Of a stretch of 53,799 nucleotides of DNA, positions 48,244 to 53,799 are shown one piece after another. Under the pieces are notes generated by a model. It was given only the letters and a program-made list of their open reading frames with translations, had not been told where the DNA came from and ran no database searches. How positions within the stretch are numbered: the stretch's first letter is position 1; every line of letters starts with the position of its first letter. The DNA lies in IMG/VR virus record IMGVR_UViG_3300018049_000024, positions 1 to 53,799 of that record. One strand, written 5' to 3'. The position numbers and the translations under genes were made by a program. The DNA comes from a virus. Its lineage: Duplodnaviria; Caudoviricetes.

Positions 48244-49149
48244 TTAGATAAGTATTCTGTTTGATGAGTTGCCTTCACTAACCATGAGGTCTCGATTGTC
48301 TTTGGTAAATTCAGAGGTAACCTTTACAAAGTTATAGCCTTCCCAATCTAATCTTTGAGTAAGGGTATTACCTTTTTGTATAACACTATCATTGGCGGTT
48401 TTTACTAATTTATCCAAGGTAGGATGCCACTCGCAAGAAAAAGTCTTTTTTAGATATTTAAAATGCTCGGATGGCAATGGGTGTGGATCAAAATATTTTC
48501 GTCTATCTACAATATTATCATTCCATACAACTTTATAAAATGAAGGATACAAAGATTCTATAGTTGGTGAATAGATTTTTTTTATTTCTTCATATATATT
48601 GTCAGTTGATGCTATCTCATTTGGCTGAGCTGGATTTTGTAAAAATTGTGTATCTATTTGACACATTTGCAAAAAATGCATTTCGCATTTATCTTTTAAC
48701 AATGATCTAACCAACTCGATGTATGTTAAATTTTTAATCAACAGATCTGAAAACGCAATTTTTTTTAAATTCTTTTTAGGATATAAAGGTGAGGTAAAGA
48801 TGTTACCATACCCCCACCATTCATATTTAGGAATTAATGGTTTGATTCCTTTCTTATCGTTATCAAAATTATCTTTCCTTGCAATATTTGTCCAGCATAC
48901 AATTACTAAATCATCTTTTGTAAAGTTATAAATTAGATTTGCTTGAGATACAAGATTTGCTATAGCTTCATTGCCTATGCCAGTCTTTCCAAAATTATAC
49001 CAAGTTGTACCATAGGATGACTCTAAATGTGCACCAATAATATTAGCCCACGTAGCCCAAAAATACTTCGTAAAGCTACAACCAAAAGCAAAAAATCTTT
49101 TAGGTGGGCTAGTTATGTTGTTAAAAATTTTTGGGAGGTAACAGGTCAA
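48244..49149 (-). CDS. SGNH/GDSL hydrolase-like protein, 301 aa
   Basis: FAFGCSFT, NFGKTGIGN, DPHP (DxHP variant of block V). Confidence 0.6.
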   Translation of the reverse strand: MTCYLPKIFNNITSPPKRFFAFGCSFTKYFWATWANIIGAHLESSYGTTWYNFGKTGIGNEAIANLVSQANLIYNFTKDDLVIVCWTNIARKDNFDNDKKGIKPLIPKYEWWGYGNIFTSPLYPKKNLKKIAFSDLLIKNLTYIELVRSLLKDKCEMHFLQMCQIDTQFLQNPAQPNEIASTDNIYEEIKKIYSPTIESLYPSFYKVVWNDNIVDRRKYFDPHPLPSEHFKYLKKTFSCEWHPTLDKLVKTANDSVIQKGNTLTQRLDWEGYNFVKVTSEFTKDNRDLMVSEGNSSNRILI

Positions 49150-49439
49150 TCTATAATTCTCTCAATTCGGCATGGGTATTCTAAGCATAGTCGAGTAAAT
49201 TTCTTTTTAGGCCTTCCCCGTAGCAATACTTTATAACTTTCTACTTTTTCTTTTACATTCATATATAAAAAATACCATCCTTCGTGTATAGGATCACCAA
49301 ATATAGATGTAATTGTGTCTTCTATATTTTGTTTAGTATATTTTCCTAGTGGTATATCTACAATATAAGAATGTGGAGTCCATCTACTTTGTGCTTCAGG
49401 GTCTGTAATAACTTCATACTCAAACTGGTCTTTTAACAT
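49146..49439 (-). CDS. Hypothetical protein, about 97 aa
   Basis: AGGAG five bases before ATG 49439; ATGA-coupled to the next gene. Confidence 0.55.
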   Translation of the reverse strand: MLKDQFEYEVITDPEAQSRWTPHSYIVDIPLGKYTKQNIEDTITSIFGDPIHEGWYFLYMNVKEKVESYKVLLRGRPKKKFTRLCLEYPCRIERIID

Positions 49440-49470
49440 AAATACTCCTAATAATAAAATATTTAGCTCT

Positions 49471-49914
49471 ATGATTGTTGATAAAATAAATTTTGAAACC
49501 ATATGTAACATATGGTCCAACTATCTTTGGAAAGATAGATTATCGCCTATAAAGCATATTAGTTCTATGCTCTATCTCGGGGGATATGATATGTCAATTT
49601 ATAATAACGAGCCAACTTTTTTTGCTATAAAAGAAAATGACAAAATAGTGGCAGTAAATAGTGGGCACATGACTATAAATGGTTATTATAGAAGCAGAGG
49701 TTTGTATGTTGATGAAACATATAGAGGTAAGGGTTTAACTTACATTCTTTTCAACGAATTATATGAACAAGCAAAAAAGGAATCTGCGAAATATATTTGG
49801 AGTTACCCCAAACAAAGTTCTGTTGGGGCTTATACTAAAAATGGGTTTGCTATTACCAGCACTATATGTGATAACGAGCTTGGTCCTCATTATTATGTTA
49901 GGCGTTCAGTTTAG
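49471..49914 (+). CDS. GNAT-family N-acetyltransferase, 147 aa
   Basis: LYVDETYRGKGL (acetyl-CoA motif A), AYTKNGF; ATAAATA upstream at 49438-49444. Confidence 0.8.
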   Translation: MIVDKINFETICNIWSNYLWKDRLSPIKHISSMLYLGGYDMSIYNNEPTFFAIKENDKIVAVNSGHMTINGYYRSRGLYVDETYRGKGLTYILFNELYEQAKKESAKYIWSYPKQSSVGAYTKNGFAITSTICDNELGPHYYVRRSV

Positions 49915-50941
49915 GCCCATACCAAGTGTTAGGAGCTTCAACGGCCCAGTCTTTAAAATCAATCCAATAGTTTGAAATAGATCCATCTTCAATTCTTTTA
50001 TGAAAGTCAAACATAGAATATTCAAACTGAAGGTTTGTATGCGAAATATTTACATCTCCAGCTGCCATTGCTTTGTGCCATTTCTTTAGCCATTTATGGT
50101 TCTCAAACATTTGAACAGATGTTTTAGGAACTACATATGGTGTAATATCAAAACCTGACGTTAGGCTCCATGCTTTATATTTTAATTCAGGATCAGATAG
50201 CATCTCGCCATTGGACAAATTAAATATATTATCGTATAATATACGTTCTGCAATATCGCCAGCAAAAAAAGCAGATATTGCTTTGGGAGTAGTCCAATAA
50301 GGCCTTGTAGTTCCATTAAGCCCTAAGTTTGTAAAAACTTCCTGTGTATGCTGGTTATCCATTACATTTCTATACATCCAATCATTCTCATATTTTATAT
50401 AACCTGTAAAACCTGGTTCTGAAATAATTGTAAATAACGACGGATCTATTTTTGATGCGGACCATACTTGTAAAGATGAGTCCATTATATTTGTAGAATA
50501 ACCTTTCCATTTTGGATCATTTATCCACTCGTCTAAGAAGTCAGAAACATTGTGCTCTAATACATCGTATTTAATACGATGCTTTCCAGCAAATTTAAAT
50601 GCTTCTTTTACTTCTCTAGCATTACAGATGTGATCGTGATCTTTATAGAGGATAATAGTATGATTTACATCATACCCGCAGGCTAAAAAACCAAAAGCAG
50701 TAGTTAAACTATCACTACCCCCTGATAATAATATGTTGATATCAGAGTTGTGCTTATACATTTTAGGAAGCTCTTCATCTAACCAAATAGTTCTCCAAGA
50801 TGAAGAAAAGTTTGAGTCACAAGTAAATTTTAGCCTCCAGCCTATAATATCTTGTCTAGGATATTGATGATATGTGCCTGAGGCTATTGTTTTATCTTTT
50901 GTATAAAATTGATAATCGGGTTTAGGTAAATTATATGACAT
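49898..50941 (-). CDS. PP-loop (N-type ATP pyrophosphatase) protein, about 347 aa
   Basis: ILLSGGSDS motif; start uncertain because the ORF-track start at 50980 lies in a hairpin. Confidence 0.55.
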   Translation of the reverse strand: MSYNLPKPDYQFYTKDKTIASGTYHQYPRQDIIGWRLKFTCDSNFSSSWRTIWLDEELPKMYKHNSDINILLSGGSDSLTTAFGFLACGYDVNHTIILYKDHDHICNAREVKEAFKFAGKHRIKYDVLEHNVSDFLDEWINDPKWKGYSTNIMDSSLQVWSASKIDPSLFTIISEPGFTGYIKYENDWMYRNVMDNQHTQEVFTNLGLNGTTRPYWTTPKAISAFFAGDIAERILYDNIFNLSNGEMLSDPELKYKAWSLTSGFDITPYVVPKTSVQMFENHKWLKKWHKAMAAGDVNISHTNLQFEYSMFDFHKRIEDGSISNYWIDFKDWAVEAPNTWYGPKLNA

Positions 50942-50952
50942 TATGTAATATG

Positions 50953-50985
50953 AATAAATAGGCGCTATCATAGCGCCCATTTATT
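50953..50985 (-). terminator. Intrinsic terminator after the AAA ATPase
   Basis: Minus strand AATAAATGGGCGCTA-TGA-TAGCGCCTATTTATT: GC-rich stem followed by a U-rich tail, directly after the stop codon. Confidence 0.7.
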
Positions 50986-52064
50986 TATGCTTGTTGAGCC
51001 TTAGTAATAATTTTACCGTATTTCTCATGGAACTCGTCAAAGTTGTCGAGCTCGTCTGGATCTACTGGAAGTTGATATGTAGTGAGTGCCAACTTGACGC
51101 CCATGACAACCAACTCTGGCTCATAGTTGTTCATCATAAATGCTAGGAAGTTATCAACCTTGGTGTTGAACTTCTTATCATTCTTGTCATTAGCTTCTTT
51201 CAATTCGTAGCACAATGACACTGTCAGTGAATACATAGCACTGATCTCTTTGGATGTCATCTCAGTAACCTTGCCATCGAGAATGTCGGTGGGGTTAGGT
51301 AATGTAGAAGCAATCTTGCGATGTGCTTGGAATTTGATAGCCAAGCCCTCACCAATACAGCCGGACACCAAATCCATCATGGAATCTTCGTCAATCTCGT
51401 CTTCGAGCAACTCAGATACAAAGGACCATGAGCGAGGTGTAGCAAACGAGCGTGATGATGACTTAGGATCAAAGTCATACAAATCTTTCTTGGAAAACTG
51501 AAGGAAGCCAACAACATCTTTGTGGATTTTGTTGGTGACAGCCCAGTTGAACCAGTCATCAAAGCCTACAGCAAGCTCGAGGTGAACAAAGCGATTAGCG
51601 AGTGGGCTAGGCATGCGATATACAACGCCTTTGTCAGCGTCACGGTTACCAGCAGCAACGATAACCACGTTGTCTGGTAATACATATGTGCCTACACGGC
51701 GGTTGAGGATGAGCTGGTATGCCGCAGCCTGTACAGCGGGCGCAGCAGAGTTGAGCTCGTCTAAGAACAAAATAATTTTATCGTGCTCAGCAGCCATGTC
51801 AGCGTCTGGCAGCTCAATTGGTGGAGCCCATGTCATCTTGTTAGCATTGGAGTCATAGTAGGGGATACCTTTGATGTCAGTTGGCTCCCATAATGACAAT
51901 CGCACATCAATAACGTGAGCGCCAATGTCAGCACCAATCTGATGAACGACATCGGACTTGCCAATGCCTGGAGGGCCCCAAATAAATACGGGGCGCATCT
52001 TTGTCATGCAGTGTTGAATTCGTGACTTGGCAGCATTTACTGTTACGGTGCGTGTTACGTCCAT
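50985..52064 (-). CDS. MoxR/AAA_5-type AAA+ ATPase, 359 aa
   Basis: Walker A GPPGIGKS, Walker B LFLDELN, AAGNR, ANRF, TPRSW. Confidence 0.9.
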   Translation of the reverse strand: MDVTRTVTVNAAKSRIQHCMTKMRPVFIWGPPGIGKSDVVHQIGADIGAHVIDVRLSLWEPTDIKGIPYYDSNANKMTWAPPIELPDADMAAEHDKIILFLDELNSAAPAVQAAAYQLILNRRVGTYVLPDNVVIVAAGNRDADKGVVYRMPSPLANRFVHLELAVGFDDWFNWAVTNKIHKDVVGFLQFSKKDLYDFDPKSSSRSFATPRSWSFVSELLEDEIDEDSMMDLVSGCIGEGLAIKFQAHRKIASTLPNPTDILDGKVTEMTSKEISAMYSLTVSLCYELKEANDKNDKKFNTKVDNFLAFMMNNYEPELVVMGVKLALTTYQLPVDPDELDNFDEFHEKYGKIITKAQQA

Positions 52065-52122
52065 GGTGTATCCTGTATTGGAGTTGAAGTGTGTAAGCCC
52101 TATTGCTTACTGTATATTTCTA

Positions 52123-52151
52123 ATTATATATCCTATTTCTAGGAATGTCAA
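52123..52151 (-). promoter_or_regulatory. Consensus sigma70 promoter TTGACA-17-TATAAT
   Basis: -35 at 52146-52151, -10 at 52123-52128. Confidence 0.85.
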
Positions 52152-52159
52152 GAAATTTC

Positions 52160-52378
52160 TTAGATATCAATGTCTAAAAGTTCAACAACGTCTTCTGCGG
52201 TGACATCATCATAGTCAACCATCAGTTGATACAAGTAAGTCTCTCGCAGGATTTGGTTAGCTCTGTTGGCTACGTCAGCCAAAGTCTCCATATCAACATA
52301 GTCACGCTCTGGATGAACACGAAGTTCGTATGCTGCGGCTTGGACTGCTACTCTTCTAATTTGTGCTTGGGGCATCAT
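52160..52378 (-). CDS. Small hypothetical early protein, 72 aa
   Basis: AGGAG RBS and its own promoter; resembles 52866. Confidence 0.7.
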   Translation of the reverse strand: MMPQAQIRRVAVQAAAYELRVHPERDYVDMETLADVANRANQILRETYLYQLMVDYDDVTAEDVVELLDIDI

Positions 52379-52422
52379 ATAGTGTCTCCTGTGTGTGTTG
52401 CTATTGCCTAACTGTTCTAATA

Positions 52423-52451
52423 ATTATAACAAAGGGCTGACAAAAAGTCAA
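52423..52451 (-). promoter_or_regulatory. Sigma70-type promoter TTGACT-17-TATAAT
   Basis: -35 at 52446-52451, -10 at 52423-52428; upstream A-tract. Confidence 0.8.
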
Positions 52452-52464
52452 CCCCTTTTTTTAA

Positions 52465-52707
52465 TTATTTTGACATTATTTCAGCGTACCATACTGGATC
52501 AGCATCACGCAGGATGCCTACTGGAGTTTCTCTGTTGCCCAGCTTCTCAAAGTATTCAGCTGGAGTGTGGTTGGCGATGAGCTGCTTGACGAACTTGGCT
52601 TTGGTGATTGGGTTGCGATACTTGAAGCGAGCAACAAACTTTCGCTCATTGTTGACGGTGTAGTACAACCATCCTGCTGAGTAGCTAAACAGTGCCTTTT
52701 CAAACAT
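52465..52707 (-). CDS. Small hypothetical early protein, 80 aa
   Basis: AGGAG RBS and its own promoter. Confidence 0.7.
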   Translation of the reverse strand: MFEKALFSYSAGWLYYTVNNERKFVARFKYRNPITKAKFVKQLIANHTPAEYFEKLGNRETPVGILRDADPVWYAEIMSK

Positions 52708-52750
52708 ATCGTCTCCTGTGTGTGTTGCTATTGCCTAACTGTTAAAATAT

Positions 52751-52778
52751 ATTATAACACACCTGCGAATAAAGTCAA
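52751..52778 (-). promoter_or_regulatory. Sigma70-type promoter TTGACT-16-TATAAT
   Basis: -35 at 52773-52778, -10 at 52751-52756; long upstream A-tracts. Confidence 0.75.
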
Positions 52779-52805
52779 GCCTTTTTCTTATCTTTTTTTA
52801 TTTTT

Positions 52806-52878
52806 TTATGTACGGACCTTATGTACGGACCAACTCCTGTTATGTACGGACCTTATGTACGGACCTTATGTACGGACC
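52806..52878. repeat. Five exact copies of the 13-mer TTATGTACGGACC (2 copies, 8-bp spacer, 3 copies)
   Basis: Copies start at 52806, 52819, 52840, 52853 and 52866. Confidence 0.95.
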
Positions 52879-53159
52879 GAGTATACTTCTTGCCAGTGCT
52901 TCTCATCTATACAGAACAGAGCTTCAAAGATACACTCACGAGTGATGTTGTTTGGGTCCGCCAATGTTCTATCAGTTATCCAAGGTTTGGGTTCAGGTAG
53001 AACATCATCTAGCTGTTGAAGTTCGAGAATCCACTCAGTCTTCTCAATCAGATATGGCATAATTTCAATATCAAAATTCTCAGGACCACCTGTGACACCA
53101 GCTTGATATGCGGCAGCTTGGATAGCAGTTCTGATGATATGGTTTAGATCAGGTTTCAT
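52866..53159 (-). CDS. Small hypothetical early protein, 97 aa
   Basis: AAGGAAG upstream, ATGA coupling; resembles 52160. Confidence 0.65.
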   Translation of the reverse strand: MKPDLNHIIRTAIQAAAYQAGVTGGPENFDIEIMPYLIEKTEWILELQQLDDVLPEPKPWITDRTLADPNNITRECIFEALFCIDEKHWQEVYSVRT

Positions 53160-53272
53160 TTGTCTTCCTTTTCAACAACATATCGCCCATTCATATGAGC
53201 GATAGCCTCATCGCGTGTCATGCCTTGTCGCATAAGAGCAGAAATAATTCTGGCTAATTGATTCCTAGTCAT
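53156..53272 (-). CDS. Very small hypothetical protein, about 38 aa
   Basis: AAGGA RBS before ATG 53272; fills the gap between neighbouring genes. Confidence 0.5.
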   Translation of the reverse strand: MTRNQLARIISALMRQGMTRDEAIAHMNGRYVVEKEDK

Positions 53273-53273
53273 A

Positions 53274-53588
53274 TTAGTCCTTATATTTGTTATGGGAGTT
53301 CTGCTTGAAGTACCACTTCTCAGGTACTGGGTTGCCATTCTCGTCCTCGTCAATACAAATGTAGCAGCGAGTCTTTAGTACCTTGCCATAGCGGAAGCCA
53401 CTGTCCAGTGTCATGCCATTTGAGGCAACCATTGGAGTAGTAACCCAAATCTTGTGTGGGAAGTCTGTGAAGACGCCGTCGTTGTTCTCAGAATATTCAA
53501 ACAACTTACCAGCATCAGCTTCTGTGAAGTTGCCGAGGATGCTGCCGTCGCCTGTGTTGAAGTAAGTTGAGCTGGGAGCAAATGCCAT
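53274..53588 (-). CDS. Hypothetical protein, 104 aa
   Basis: AGGA RBS; co-oriented in the small-gene array. Confidence 0.7.
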   Translation of the reverse strand: MAFAPSSTYFNTGDGSILGNFTEADAGKLFEYSENNDGVFTDFPHKIWVTTPMVASNGMTLDSGFRYGKVLKTRCYICIDEDENGNPVPEKWYFKQNSHNKYKD

Positions 53589-53592
53589 ATAA

Positions 53593-53799
53593 TTATCCTA
53601 CCTGAGAGTCAATAAGTTCAACGAGTTGATCTGCGAAGATACCTTCTACTGATGCTGCTACGGTGCGCTTCACACCACGCATCTTGAAGAACTCAATGTT
53701 ATACAGATCCTGTCCCTCGTCCAGTGTGATTTGAACATAACCTTTCCAACGTACCATACCTGACGACTTGAAGATCAAACCGTTCTTGGTAGCAGTAAA
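53593..53799 (-). CDS. Hypothetical protein (5'-truncated at window end)
   Basis: Frame remains open to base 53799. Confidence 0.65.
   Translation of the reverse strand, partial: FTATKNGLIFKSSGMVRWKGYVQITLDEGQDLYNIEFFKMRGVKRTVAASVEGIFADQLVELIDSQVG

Larger units (their letters stand above)
52384..52743. repeat. 33-bp exact direct repeat (5' leader plus RBS), copies at 52384-52416 and 52711-52743
   Basis: GTCTCCTGTGTGTGTTGCTATTGCCTAACTGTT occurs twice. Confidence 0.9.

Noticed and set aside
52806-52878. CRISPR-like mini-array
   Set aside because: The unit is only 13 bp, mostly head-to-tail with a single 8-bp gap. There are no spacers and no cas genes.
1127-53019. Numerous 60-120 aa ORFs nested in or antisense to long genes (e.g. 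9505-9870, 43897-44214, 52720-53019)
   Set aside because: They are shadow frames of well-supported genes, with no RBS or recognisable motifs.
1-53799. Stop-codon recoding, tRNA/rRNA genes, introns or inteins
   Set aside because: The standard code gives dense, intact ORFs ending in TAA, TGA or TAG. Intergenic gaps are short, and I recognised no cloverleaf, splicing or homing endonuclease motifs by eye.

Overview
This window is a fragment of a large, AT-rich tailed-phage genome (myovirus/jumbo-like), read well with the standard genetic code. It has three parts. (1) 1-13.4 kb, + strand: virion structural genes, comprising a giant baseplate-wedge-like protein (5'-truncated), three tail-fibre-like paralogs sharing an N-terminal module, and two Ser/Thr/Gly-rich paralogs. 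(2) 13.5-43.6 kb: an almost gap-free cluster of about 33 mostly enzyme-coding genes. It holds 4 GT-A glycosyltransferase-like proteins, 12 radical SAM enzymes with auxiliary Cys clusters (twitch/SPASM-like), 4 2OG-Fe(II)-like oxygenases, 2 nitroreductase-like, 2 SGNH-like, 2 methyltransferase-like, and one each of QueC-like, PLP-dependent, kinase-like, SDR and P-loop/sulfotransferase-like proteins. It is closed by a convergent tail-fibre gene. (3) 45-53.8 kb, mostly - strand: hypothetical genes, a MoxR-type AAA ATPase and its vWA/metallopeptidase partner split by an AT-rich four-gene insert, and small early-type genes behind near-consensus sigma70 promoters with repeated leaders and a 13-bp tandem repeat. 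The most notable feature is the glycosyltransferase/radical SAM cluster embedded in the tail region with late-promoter-like ATAAATA motifs. My leading inference is a phage-encoded virion glycosylation and glycan-tailoring system. All functional calls come from motifs read by eye; no database search was run.
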